Made by a program: the position numbers and the translations under genes. From NCBI RefSeq assembly GCF_964213995.1, contig NC_135808.1, forward strand, positions 7,440,001 to 7,504,000: a DNA stretch of 64,000 bases, given 5' to 3'. Every line of letters starts with the position of its first letter. Position 1 is the stretch's first letter. This document shows, in pieces, positions 26,781-39,861 of the stretch. The stretch is from Mustelus asterias. Taxonomy: Eukaryota. The notes under the pieces were generated by a model. It had not been told where the DNA came from and did not search any database. It saw nothing but the letters and a program-made list of their open reading frames with translations.

Positions 26781-29171
26781 ATGCTACGGCGTTTCAAGTG
26801 CTCAGCTGAATGTTCCTTAAAAGTGGGTTCCCACCTCGCCCATCCTTTCTGGCTGTGAGTTACAGATTCCCACCATCCCCCGGGTGAAAAGGTTTTTCCT
26901 CAAATCCCCTCTAAATTTCCTACTCCTTACTTTAAATCTATGCCTCCTGGTTATTGATCGCTCTACTAAGGGGGAAGTTTTCCTTCTATCTACCTCAACT
27001 ATATCCTTCATAAGTTTGTACACCGCCATCAGGTCCTCCCTCGGCCTTCTCTGCCCTCAGCAGAACAACACCAGCCTAACCAGCCTCTCTTCATAACTGA
27101 CACAAGTCCAAGTTGTTAGTAGTGAGATAGAAGCCTTAGACTGGGGATGTTTCTACTGGAAGAGCAGAGGCTGAAGTCAGATTTCATTGAGATGTATCAA
27201 ATTATGAGACATGTTAGAGAGTATGGGTATGACCTTGTTACCTCGGCACAGAGGTCATTGATCAACTGGCATTGAGATAAATTGATGACTAGAGGGGACA
27301 GGAGGAAAGATCTCCTCACCCAAACGGTTGCGTGGGTGGGGAGTGTGGTGCTGGGTCGGGTTGTGGAAGCTGGAACGCATTGCCTGAAAGAGTTGCAGAG
27401 GTGGGAACTGTCAAATTATTCGAAAGGTGCCTGGATTTTTTTTGTGGGACATGGGCGTAGCTGGCTGGCCACCATTAATTGCCCATCCCTAGTTTCCCGA
27501 GGGCAGTTGAGAGTCAACGATATTGCTATGGCTCTGGAGTTACATGCAGGCCGGACCAGGTAAGAACGGCAGACTTCCTTCCCTTAAGGACATTAGTGAA
27601 CCAGATGGTGCTTTCAGACAATCTACAATGGTTTCAAGGTCATCAGTAGATTCTTAATTCTAGATATATTTTTACTGAATTCAAATTCCACCACCTGCCG
27701 CAGCGGGATTCGAACCCAAGTTCCCAGGGCATGAACTGAGTTTCTGGATTAATAGCCCAGCGATAATACCACTCGGCCAACCGAAGTGCCGTAATCTGCA
27801 GCGCTACAGAGCAAATGTTGTCAAGTGGGATGAGGCTCTGTGGCTCGTCTTTCGGCCCCTGCAGACACTGCGGGCCAAGTGGCCTCCTTGTATGCCGTAA
27901 ACCTTCTATGAGTCTACATAGACTATTTATTAACAACCCAAGGCTCCTTCAAAAGTATTTGGAAAACCGGCGACCTCTGTATCTAGGACAGGGCAACAGC
28001 CTCCAGGGAGCAGTACGTTTCATTTCAAGCCACACGCCATTCTAATCCGGTCCTTTTTTAACGGTGGTGGGGTCAAATCCGGAACTTCCCTTATTAGCAT
28101 CACTGCAGGTGTACGGACGCTCGATGAACTACAGCGGTTGAAGAACAGGGCAAGCCATCACCTCCTAAAGGGCAATTAGACGTGGGCAATAAGTGCTGGC
28201 CTAGCCAGAGAGGCTCACAATCTATGAAAAAATACGAACAGTAGTTAGAAAGTTGTTATCCAAAACTATTATTTCCCGTCTCAAAATGACATAATTAGAC
28301 TCAATGCTATTCTGGTTTTCACGTGGCAGGAGGAGCTAGCCTGGTTCTCCGTTAATCAAATACCAATATATCGGGGCAATTGCTATAGGACGCAACATAA
28401 GTAGCAAAACCAGGTGAAAGATCATTTGCATGCATTCAACTGTCGTCGCTGATAAAGTGGGATTTATTTAACCCAAGGTTAATACCGTGTACATGAAATT
28501 GTTCTATAAAGTAGACATCTCTTTAGATTGAAACATGCGTCAATCACAAAAGAAAAACAAACAAATGCAAATGGCGCTAAATAAATAACCTTTAAAAAAA
28601 GGTTTGCTTCAATATTTCTCGCATATGCGGTTGAATTTACGTGCGATGGGATGTTGGCGGAGTTAATGAGGAATCCTGTCTACAGGTTCTGTTGAAGGCA
28701 TGTTTTCCATCAACAGCTTAGGTGCAGAATGGATCTTTGATCGAGTTGTTTTTTCTTTGTTGACTCACTGAGCTCCTAACACCCACCGGCAATGTGGTTT
28801 TCCGTCCACATACATAGAAGAGCTCAAGTTATTGCTCATATTGTCATTGTCGAACATCAAACACACACAATGTATTTCATTTAAATAAATAAGGGCACAA
28901 TTCGCATTGTAGCTTCCACGCCCTCACCCTCACCCTCCAGTCTACTTTTTCAATTCCTATATAAACGGCACGTTGAGAGAGGAATTAATTTCCATTCTGA
29001 GCACTCCTGAGGTCGGGCCCTTTCACTTTGGATCGAACAATAACAGGAGCTCTGTGCCTCCAACCAGACAAGGCAGAAACTGTTCCATTCCCACCCATTT
29101 ATTCTACTGAGACTATTCATGTGGTGTGAATGCACCACATTCTACAGATCATCAGCGTGTGTGCAGTGAAG

Positions 29172-29228
29172 ATGCGATTCGTGCACTAATTGCTGTCATC
29201 CGACTGACTTTCTTCGCCCTATGCACTG
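29172..29228 (+). pseudogene. Pseudogene B' leader exon
   Basis: Mirror of 51123-51180 but 57 nt long: a 1-nt deletion gives ATG CGA TTC GTG CAC TAA. The donor G|GTGAGT is retained. Confidence 0.85.
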
Positions 29229-29829
29229 GTGAGTACATATTTTCCCGAGCTATTATACAATGCAGCGATTATCGTCTGAAGTTTCAATGGGCCGCCTTTA
29301 GCAATTCGGGAAGTATCAGTCCATTAATGTTAAAATCATATGCTACTCTCTGCGAAATTTTACATTTAACCTCAATAGATTGAATGTAAAATTCTAACAT
29401 GGCAATATGCGATTCGATCCCTTCTTATAGGTGCTTCATCTGCGGACTTACCATAAAGATAACATTATTCGGAAAAGAAGCCCTCCCTCAGGCGGGAGCA
29501 AAATATATTGAAAGCCGAGCTTTTATTACACAAACGACTATAATTAGTGAGGACATCAATTCAGCCAGATTCCATTCGATGCGATTTCCAGCGGGAGCCA
29601 TTTGTCAACGCGATACATTAGAAAAAATAAATCCTCGGTCGCAATATGCAGCTTTGATTAATTCTGGCGGGGCGGCAATGGCACAGTGCGTATTGTCACT
29701 GGGCTAATAATCCAGAGACCCAGGGTAATGCGCTGGGGACATTGGTTCGAATCCCACCGCAGTAGCTGGTGAAATCTGGAATAAAAGATCTAATGATCAC
29801 CAGGAACAGATTATCGTAAAGACCCATCA

Positions 29830-31780
29830 CAAAGAACATAAGAAATAGGAGCAGGAGTAGGCCATCTAGCCTGCTCCGCCATTCAATAAGATCATGGCTG
29901 ATCTGACAGTGGGTTCAGTTCCACGTACCCGCCCGCTCCCCATAACCCTTAATAACCTTAGTGGTTAAAAATCCATCTATCTGTGACTTAAACAAATTTA
30001 ACTGCTTCACTGGGCAGAGAATTCCAAAGATTCACTACCCTCTGGGTGAAGAAGTTCCTCCTCAACTCTGATCTAAATTGACTCTCCCGTATTTTGAGGC
30101 TATGCTGCATAGTTCTTGTTTCCATTGTAAGTGGAAATAACCTCGCTGCTTCTACCCTGTCTCGCCCCTTCATTATCTTATGTGTCTCCATAAGAGCTCC
30201 CCTCAACCTTCTGAACTCCAATGAGTACAGGCCCAGTCTACTCAATCTCTCCTCATAAGCTAACGCCCTCATCTCTGAAATCAACCTGGTGAACCTTCTC
30301 TGTACCCCCTCCAAAGCTAATATATCCTTTCTTAAATAAGGGGACCAAAACTGTACACAGTACTCTAAGTGCGGCCTCACCAGTACCCTGTACAGGTGCA
30401 GCATGGCCTCCCTGCTTTTATACTCCATCCCTCTTGCGATAAAGACCAACATTCCATTGGCCTTCCTGATTACCTGCTGCACCTGCAAACTGAGTTTTTG
30501 TGATTCATGCACAAGCACCCCCAGGTCCCTCTGCACACTAGCATGTTGTAACTTTTAACCGTTTAAATAATAGTCCATTTTACTATTATTCCTTCCAAAG
30601 TGGGTAGCCTCACACTTACCAACGTTATACTCCATCTGCCAGATCCTTGCCCACTCACTTAGCCTATCCAAATCTCTCTGCAGACTCTCTGTGTCCTCCA
30701 CGCAATTTGCTTTCCCACTCATCTTTGTGTCATCCGCAAACTTCGTTACCCTACACTCGGTCCCCTCCTCCAGATCGTCTATGTACATGGTAAATAGTTG
30801 AGGCCCCAGCACCGATCCCTGCAGCACGCCACTGGTCACTGATTGCCAACCGGAAAAGCACCCAATTATTCCGACTCTCTGCTTTCTGTTAGATAGCCAA
30901 TCCTCAATCCACGCTAACACTTTACCCCCAACTCTGTGTACCTTTATCTTATGCAGCAACCTTTTGTGAGGCACCTTATCGAATGCCTTCTGGAAATCTA
31001 AATACACCACATCCACCAGTTCCCATCTGTCAACTGCACTCGTTATATCCTCAAAACATTTCAGTAAATTAGTCAAACGTGACTTTCTCTTCATGTATCC
31101 ATGCTGCGTCTTCTTGATTGAACCATTCTTTTCCAAGTGTCCTGCTATTTCTTCCTTAAAGATAGGTTCCAGCATTTTCCCAACTACAGATGTTAAGCTA
31201 GCCAGCCTGTAGTTACCTGCCTAACTACAGATGTTAAGCTAACCAGCCTGTTGTTACCTGTCTTTTGTTTACCTCCTTTTTTAAACAGTGGCGTTACATT
31301 AGCTGTTTTCCAATCAGCTGACACCTCCCCAGAGTTCAGTGAATTTTGATAAATTATACTTAATGCATTTGCTATTTCTGCTGCCGTTTCTTTTAGTACC
31401 CTGGAATGCATTCCACCCGGACCAGGGACATGTCTACCTTTAGTCCCGTTAGCCTACCCAGCACTACCTCTTTAGTAATAGTGATCGCTTTAAGGTCCTC
31501 ACCCCCTACAGTCCCATGACCGTCAATTATTGGTAAGCTATTTGTGTCCTCCACTCTGAAGACCGACACAAAAACCTTGTTTATGGCCTCGGCCATTTCC
31601 TCGTTTCCTATTATTAAATCCCCCTTCTCAGCGTCTAAGGGACCAACATTTACTTTATCCACTCTTTTCCGTTTTATGTATTTGTAAAAACCTTTACAAT
31701 CAGTTTTTATGTTTTGCGCTAGTTTGCTTTCATAATCTATCTTTTCTTTCTTTATTGCTTTCTTAGTAGTTCTTGGGAAA
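29830..31780 (-). mobile_element. CR1 LINE, 5'-truncated and frameshifted (arm-1-specific)
   Basis: RT motifs DVVYLDFQKAFDKVPH, QGSVLGP and KFADDTK; TTCTTATGTTC tail; absent from arm 2. Confidence 0.92.
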
Positions 31781-31884
31781 CTTAGGGAAGGAAGTTTATT
31801 GCTTTCTTTATTGCTTTCTTGGTAGTTCTTGATAAACTTAGGGAAGGAAGTGTATCATCCTTACCTGGTCTGGCCTACATGCAT

Positions 31885-33437
31885 ACACACGCTATTAGAT
31901 ATTGCAAATGCACTAGTGGTAATTTACCAAAATTCGCTGGACTCTGAGGTGGTTCCCGCAGATTGGAAAACAGCAAATGTGATGCCACTGTTATAAAAAT
32001 GAGATAGACAAAAGGTGGGTAACTATAGGCCTGTTAGCTTAAATTTTGTAGTCGGGAAAATGCTTGAATCTATCATCAAGGAAGTAATAGCGAGACATCT
32101 GGATATAAATTGTCCCATTGGGAAGACCCATTGGGTTCATGAAGCGCAGGTCATGTTTGACTAACTTGGTGGAATTGTTTGAGAACATTACATGCGCAGT
32201 GGACAATGGGGAACACGTGGATGTGGTGTGTCTGGATTTCCAGAAGGCATTCGACAAGGTTGCCGCACCAAAGACTGCTGTATAAGATAAAGGTACACAG
32301 TGTTACGGGTAATGTATTAGCATGGAGAGAGGATTGGCTAACTAACAGAAAGCAAAGAGTGGGTGTTTTTCTGGTTGGCGATCAGTGACTAGTGGTGTGC
32401 CTCAGGGGTTAGCGTTGGGACCGCAGTTGTTTACGATTTACATTAGGAGTTGGGGACCAAGTGTAGTGTGTCAAAATTCGCAGATGACACTAAGATGGGT
32501 GGCAGAGCAAAGGGTGCAGCGGACGCTGAAAGTCTGCAAAGGGATATAGATAGTCTAAGTGAGTGGGCAAGGGTCTGGCAGATGGAGAACAATGTTGGTA
32601 AATGTGAGGTCATCCATTTTGCTAGGAGTAATAGCAAAATGGACTATTATTTAAATGGTAAAAATTGGAGCATGCTGCTGTGCAGAGGGACCTGGGCGTC
32701 CTTGTGCAAGAATCAGAAGGAGTTGGTTTGCAGATGCAGCAGGCAATTAAGAAGGCAAATTGAATTTTGTCCTTCATTGCTAGAGGGATTGTGTTAAAAA
32801 CAGTGAGGTTATGTTGCAGCTGTATAAAGTGCTGGTGAGGCCACACCTGGAGTACTGTGTACAGCTTGGTCTCCTTACTTGGGAAAGGATATACTGGCGC
32901 TGGAGGGGGTGCAAAGAAGATTCACTAGGTTGATTCCGGAGTTGAGAGGTTTGCCTTATGAGGAGAGACTGAGTAGGCTGGGGCTATACTCATTGGAATT
33001 CAGACGAATGGGGGGAGGTTTTATAGAAACATATAAGATTATGAAGGGAAAAGGTACGATAGAAGCAAGGAAGTTCTTTCCACTGGCGGGTGAAACTAGA
33101 ACGAGGGGACATGGCCTCAAAATAAGGGAGAGCAGATTTAGGACTGAGTTGAGGAGGAACTTCTTCACCCAAAGGGTTTTGAATCTGTGGAATTTCCTGC
33201 CCAGTGAAGCAGTTGAGGCTACCTCATTGAATGTTTTTAAGACAAGGATGGTTAAAGTTTTGAACAGTAAAGGAATTGAGGGCTATGGTGATGAACAGTA
33301 AAGGAATTAAGGGCTATGGTGAGTGGGCGGGTAAGTGGAGCTGAGTCCAGGAAAAGCTCAGCTATGATCTTATTGAATGGCGGAGCTCGAGGGGCCAGAT
33401 GGCTTACTCCTGCTCCTAGTTCTTACGTTCTTATGTT
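31885..33437 (+). mobile_element. CR1 LINE, 5'-truncated and frameshifted (arm-1-specific)
   Basis: KFADDTKMGG...WQMENNVGKCEV and LEGVQRRFTRLIP; TTCTTATGTTC tail. Confidence 0.92.
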
Positions 33438-35116
33438 CATATATACATATATGATATAGCAACTATATATATAAAAAAATATTTGTTATGTGTCTTGTGT
33501 GTTATTGTTATTCTCTCACGGAATGAGGGCGTCATTGTCTAGGCTACCATTTATTGTGCATCCCTAATTGCCCTTGAGAAGGTGGTGATGAGCTTCATTC
33601 CGGAACCGCTGCAGTCCATGTAGGTACATCCACGGAGTTGTTCGGGAGGAAGTTCAGTATTGTTACCTAGGATCCCATATGGGTGTGTGTATCCGTGCGT
33701 ATCCGTGTGTGTGTTCTTGTGCGCGCGTGTGTGACTGTGATTGGGACATATTTGCCGATCAGAAATGTTGTTGCAGAACTTGCTGTTTCATCTCAAACAT
33801 AAATAAAACAAAACTCCACCTGCTCCCGCGGATGAGGAATGTCTCCAATGTAAAATGCTATTCATTGCATAACTGTCGGGAAGAAGAGATAGGAAGATAA
33901 CTGATAACTAGTATCTTAGTGACCCCAGGCATGGATTATTACAGTCCGTTTGTTTGAAGGAAGAAGGAAAAACTGCAGAAAGTACAAAACTCTCACATCA
34001 GTCAGACATCTATGTCAAATCTACACATTTATCCAACCGGAAGTTTTTTCAGTCTTTGATTTAAGCAGTTCTATATTTAAGGTAGCCAGATCTGGGCCAT
34101 TTCAGTTTCGGCTAGTACGCAGAACCATAGTTACCCCGCCTTTAATAGTTACCCGGAGAAATCCGCCTATAGATGCGAAGGTGTTTGATGTTGTTTAAAC
34201 GTTATTTGGATTCTGGAATAGGAATGTGAGACTTAACTTGGAACTCCGATTAAAGCTTTGTTCCTTTTAGACTTTTATTTTATTCATTCTTGGGGTGTGC
34301 AGGGTCAGCATTTAATGCCCATCCGTATTTGTCCCTGAGAAGCTGGTGCTGCCATGCGACGTGGGACTGCAACTCTGTGGAATGACCAGAGATCTGAATT
34401 ACTCTTCTCAAATCAGAGAATGATGAGGGAAGGTTCAGTAGAGGTTTAAAGATTATGAGGGCTTTTGATAGAGAAATTAGACGGAATTTCTTTTTCAGTA
34501 ACGGGTCATCATCGAATGGAATTCAACACTTGAAAATAGATCCAGTAGCACCTTTCGAATAGAAATCCCATAAATACGTGCATCGGAGCAGGTCTATGGA
34601 CGAAGAGAACAGAAGGGTTCAAATTGGATAATTACTTCAAACAGCTGTCAAAGACACGATGGGACGACTGGCATCCTTAGATGTTGTATCATTGCATGAT
34701 AGCCTTCTCACCGGACAAGTTGAGAAAATGATTGCAACAGCTTGAGAACGATGCATTGACAATTCCCAAATTGAATTAATTGTACCGTTTCGGCAGCAAA
34801 ACAGGAGAATTTGAAGGATTGCTCTAAAGTTTATCTTCCCGAAGAGTTTCGCCAGTCGAAAAGATAAGGGAGTGAATTTCTTCGTCCAATTAAATTGTGC
34901 AACGTAACAGACTCATGATGTAGAATGTGTGGGTTTCTGTGCCCGCCGTCTTGAACGTGGATAAATGTGGTCCACCGTAAATCTAGCTTTTATAAAAGTA
35001 CCATGTAACTGATGCATCCGGCATAAATAATATAGCTGTATAATTGATTAATGTTTAATAATATAATGAATAACGGCTAACAGGTTCTTATTCCCTACTC
35101 TATATTGTAAAATTAG

Positions 35117-35292
35117 AGGAATTTGAAGTTGAAATCAGATACCCTCTGCTATTTCCGAGTTTCCTTCCTTTATAAACGCCAGTCGGCGTTTGGACAAGAA
35201 ACAGTCTGCTGTCAAATCTAGGGCTTGACAGAGGGGCGTTTATTACTGTGACAAAGCCGGAAAGTGACAAAACAGCACCGTGACAGTAAAAT
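35117..35292 (+). pseudogene. Pseudogene B' truncated-Ig exon
   Basis: Mirror of 48176-48370 with the same large internal deletion plus extra 1-, 10- and 8-nt deletions. Donor weakened to GTGATT. Confidence 0.82.
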
Positions 35293-35827
35293 GTGATTAG
35301 TCATTTAAAATAATGATGAATAGTGCGCATGATTAAAGTTGACAAATAATTTCTCACTAAGCTAAAACGGACGAAAATGCTCTACTGAGCCCGAAGTCGG
35401 AACTTGCAAAGAATAAGAGTGGGTAACATTGCATCGGGATATATGGAAAATCCTGTGACACTCGAGCCCTTTAGCAGCATTGAAAAACGAGTGAAGAAAG
35501 ATTGCTATGGCAGAGGCATTAATAGCGACAAATAATAGAATTCGAAAAAAAATACACTCGATTTGACACACTCCTTGAGCCTTCCTCCGCTTTACTTTCT
35601 CTCCAGTGGATTGGAAAAATGCTATTGATGGTAGTGGGTGTGGGCGGGGGAGTGGGGGTGGCGTGGAAAAAGGAGGAGGCCGAGGGTGATAGGACGCAAC
35701 TCTGGCCTGAATACTATGAAGCTTCTTCCTTAAAGTTGCAAACATTTCTTCTGAGTACAGAAACTGTTATATCTCATTCTTGTTTCCATATCAATTGAAA
35801 CTTCTGCGTTTATCCTGTTTATGGTAG

Positions 35828-35936
35828 GCCTTGTTAATGAAACAGAGAGGCATAACACCCATTTTTCTGGGCGTCCTGTTGGTAATGGCTGTGTTCATCG
35901 TATTTTTGACAGTTCGCGTGGTGCGGAGGAAATGAG
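35828..35936 (+). pseudogene. Pseudogene B' transmembrane exon
   Basis: Mirror of 45338-45448 (GITPIFLGVLLVMAVFIVFLTVRVVRRK*). A 2-nt deletion in the AG run, a TGA, and the donor GT changed to AT. Confidence 0.85.
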
Positions 35937-35954
35937 ATTTGTGGTTTCGGTATC

Positions 35955-36277
35955 CATAGAATCCATACAGTGCAGCAGGAGGCCGTTCGGCCCATCGAGT
36001 CTACACCGACAACAATCCCACCCAGGCCCTATTCCCGTAACCCCCATATTTACCCCACTATCCCACGCATCCCGGGACACGAAGAGGCAATTTAGCATGG
36101 CCAATCAACCTAACCTGCACATCTTTGTGGGGGGAAACCAGAGCACCCGGAGGAAACCCAGGGGGACACAGGGAGAATGTGCAAACTCCACACAGACAGT
36201 GAGCCATGCCGGGAATTGAACCCAGCTCCCTGGAGCTGTGAGGAAGCAGTGCTAACCACTGTGCCACAGTGCCGTCC
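35955..36277 (-). mobile_element. tRNA-derived SINE (arm-1-specific)
   Basis: Full SINE; the site is empty in arm 2 near 45325. Confidence 0.85.
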
Positions 36278-37157
36278 ATATATATCATATATTATATATG
36301 TGTTATATTTAAGCGTACCGAACCAAATAGTGCCCTTTTATACAGGGCAAAGGGAAGTGTTTCTGAGCCTGCAAGTATTCATTTGGTAATATATCCAAAT
36401 GATTATGAAATGATTTTGATATGAAAGTCATCGTAGCGTATCTGTGTACCTATTCGAGACATGCATCAACACGGCAGCGATCCCTAACACAATCTGAGGT
36501 TATTTGCATCTTCCTATCAGGCGTGCTTCAGTTGGTAGCACACTCGACTCGAAATCACTGGGTTCAAGTCCGCCCCAGGACTCGAGCGCACAAATAAATG
36601 CTGACCTTCCAGTGCAGTACAGAGGGAGAGAGAGTTGCACAGTTGGAGGTGTTGTCTTTCGGGTGAGACGTCGAACCGAGGCCAGCAATGAACGCGGGTC
36701 CCTGGCGCAGTGAGGCAGCAGTGCTAACCTCTGTGCCACTGTGCCGTCCCGAGCAGCACGCCTCATATTCACAGTAAAAGGCTACTCAGCTTGTCAAATC
36801 CGTTTGAGCAAACAAAGATGCTGCAGTAACATAATAAAAAAGACATTCGAATATTATGGGTCACTGAATCACACATTTAAAAATAAATATAACGGGTGGA
36901 ATTCTGTAATGCTTTCCGGAACACACTTTCAGAGATTCAACGTTAATAGAGCACAATGGGTCAAGTGAAAACACTCCACTACAGCACCACAGCACACTGA
37001 CACTCATGTACGTTCCGACCCGATTTTAACTCCACTGAAGTCCACTGTTGGAGGAGTGATGTACAGACTGCAGAATGTCGCCTTGCCCTACAGCCCAAGG
37101 CCAGTTTCACTCTTAATAGATCTTCACGTGCTTTGAGGCTGATCGTGGCTGCTTGGC

Positions 37158-37346
37158 TCACGGGAACTGGGGTGTGCAAGCTCTGGTCGCCGAGGTTTGT
37201 GGGGGATTGCTGATGCTCAGTGGGTTTATTGAGGCATATTCCACGCGATCTTCGTTCCTGTTTTGTCTGTCCGCCCTTCTCCCTTGTTGCAGATTCAACC
37301 GCGTGTACACACACCCCTCCTCAACAACATGACTCCGGGGAAACAC
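37158..37346 (-). CDS. Gene B last exon: cytoplasmic tail with two tyrosine motifs (CVYTRL, VEYASI)
   Basis: Acceptor TTTTAACCCCTTTAG, phase 0 matching the preceding exon. VFPRSHVVEEGCVYTRLNLQQGRRADRQNRNEDRVEYASINPLS...QFP*. Confidence 0.8.
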   Translation of the reverse strand: MFPRSHVVEEGCVYTRLNLQQGRRADRQNRNEDRVEYASINPLSISNPPQTSATRACTPQFP

Positions 37347-37544
37347 CTAAAGGGGTTAAAATGCCATTGTCACCACAAAAGAAAATTCCATAACTGAAAT
37401 GTCCAGTTTGCTCTGCGTTCTCTGCCATTTATTGCGCTGAGTTAAAACCAAGACTCTGCACTGTCGCCTGATTTAATTCCTATTGTGTGGACAATTGGTT
37501 TGGTGGCACGGTTAAAATTCACGAACCCCACACCCCGATTATAA

Positions 37545-38327
37545 AGTCATACAGTCATAGAGACTTACAGCACGGAAACAGGTTTTTCGGCCCAACTTGT
37601 CCATCGTGCCCTGTTTTTACCACTAAGGTAGTACCCATTACCCGTATTTGGGCCATATCTGTATACCCATCTTACCCATGTAACTGTCAAAATGCTTTTT
37701 AAAAGACAGAATTGTATCCGCCTCTACTACTGGCAGCTCGTTCCAGACACTCACCACCCTCTGTATGAAAAAATGCCCCTCTGGACCCTTTTGTATCTCT
37801 CCCCTCTCAACTTAAACTTATGCCCTCTAGTTTTAGACTCCCCTACCTTTGGGAAAAGATGTTGACTATCTATCTCACCTATGCCCTTCATTATTTTATA
37901 GACCTCTATAAGTTCAGTCCTAAGCCTCCTACGCTCCAGGGAAAAAGTCCCAGTCCATCCAGCTTCTACTTATAACTCAAACCATCAGATCCTTGTAGCA
38001 TCCAAGTGAACCTTTTCTGCACTGTTACTAGTTTAATAATATCCTTTCTGTAATGGGGTGACCAGAACTCGACACAGTATTCCAAGAGTGGCCTTACTAA
38101 TGTCTTGTACAACTTCAGCAAGACGTCGCAACTCCTGTATTCAATGTTCTGATCAATGAAAGCAAGCATGCCGAATGCATTCATCACCACCCTGTCCACC
38201 TGTGAATCAATTTTCAAGGAGCTATGATCTCTTTATTCTATAACACTCCCCAACGCCCTACCATTAATTGAGTAGGTCCTGCCCTGCTTCGATCTACCAA
38301 AGTGCACCACCTCACATTTATCTAAAT
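37545..38327 (-). mobile_element. CR1 LINE 3' fragment
   Basis: LYKTLVRPLLEYCVEFWSPHY...VQKRFT. Confidence 0.9.
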
Positions 38328-39173
38328 GTTTGAAACTCAGACTTTATCATTGGTGGTTATCTGGCTACAAGAGCAGGTCAGAGGCTGGGGATTCCACCTC
38401 TTGCCAATGACTCGGCAAACTCTGTCCACCATCTGGAAAGCTTAAGTCAGGAGTGTGCCGGAATACTCTCCAATTGACTAGATCAGTGTAGCTCCACAAT
38501 ACTCTAGAAGCACGATACCGCCCAGGAAAAGAAGTCTCGTGATTAGCACCACATACACCAATTTAAACATTCATTCCATGCACCGACGATGCACAGAGGC
38601 AGCAGCGTTTACCATCAAAAGATGCACCATGGAAACTCACCAGGGCTCCTTCGACACACTTTCCCACCCCACGACCAGTACCATGTGAAAGGACAAGAGC
38701 AGCAGATACCTGGGAACACCACCACTTGGAAGTTCCCCTTAGAAAGGTATTGCCGTTCCTTCACGGTCATATGGTCAAAATCCTGGAATTCCCTCCGCAC
38801 TGTGAGTGTAGCTACAGCTCAGCCGTTCAAGAAGGCAGCCCAGCACCACTTTCTCCAGGGATGTGATTTTGCGAATAGTCCGCGTAAATCAACCCACTCA
38901 TCAATTATTGCAAGTGCAAGTGCTATGAGGATAAATCCATCTTTTCCTTTCAGAAGATGTCAAATGTAAGGAATTGTTTCCCTTAGATACGCTATGGGGC
39001 ATTAAATTGTCACGCATAACATAGATATGCTAAAAGTCAACTTTCATTGTCTCTATCCTAGGGCCTTATCAAATGGCTCAGTAGGTAGTTATGTTTCTTT
39101 GTAACTCCTCGAACCGTAAAATTGTGTCTGCACCATTTCTCGTTTGATATGTAAAGCATCTGACAGTCCTTAC

Positions 39174-39202
39174 TTGTGCCGTTGCCTTTACGCCGCTGGA
39201 AT
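39174..39202 (-). CDS. Gene B exon 4: cytoplasmic micro-exon (DSSGVKATAQ)
   Basis: Acceptor TTCTGTTATATTCTTACTATCACAG, 29 nt, phase 1-0, donor CAA|GTAAGG. Exactly bridges the phases of the transmembrane and last exons. Confidence 0.75.
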
Positions 39203-39861
39203 CTGTGATAGTAAGAATATAACAGAATTATGGAAAATCGAAAAAAGTAATTTCGTCAGATAATACTCTATGTTGCTGTTCAATGGCAATAAGAATGGAT
39301 CTCATCTCGTATATAAAACAAGAATAACAATTCAAATCTGTTCCCGTTAACTTCTATCCAACAAACCAAGGAGGAAATAGGAAAATCAGCTCTGCCTCTC
39401 CCCTCTCAACGATAGCATCTGCATCATGTCAATTCAAATGTGTTACAACTCGATGGCAACCCCCTACTCACCTTCTTAGTGACATCATCACCATTTAAAA
39501 TTCTAATCAAAAATGTTATTTGTCTTAATCCCCCAGCAATTATAATTCGTAGTCAAGGCACAATGTGACCGTTTGTGGTCCTAAGAAAACTAGCGATGGT
39601 GCTTAACAGTTAACATGGTCAATATGGGAAGCTGTATGATGGGTTACTTAAGGTAGAACCCTACAGTGCAGAAGGAGGCCATTCGGCCCATCGAGTCTGC
39701 ACCGACCCCAATCCCACCCAGGCATCACTCCCGTAACCCCGCATATTTACCCCACAAATCCCCTGACACTAAGGGCAATTTAGCATGGCCAATCAACATA
39801 ACGCGCAAATCTTTGGACTGTGGGAGGAAACTGGAGCACCCGGAGGAAACCCACGCAGAGC

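Larger units (their letters stand above)
20688..36683 (+). repeat. Arm 1 of a large inverted segmental duplication
   Basis: Colinear reverse-complement matches to 43680-63820 in unique DNA and in shared old repeats, e.g. 20890-21515/62985-63610, 25470-26045/60170-60750, 27800-29700/50700-52560, 33480-35600/47915-50280, 35690-36410/45220-45590, 36450-36683/43680-43865. Confidence 0.93.

Noticed and set aside
36979-37314. 111-aa minus-strand ORF overlapping the gene B last exon
   Set aside because: A different frame with no recognisable motif, and not in phase with the acceptor and upstream micro-exon.
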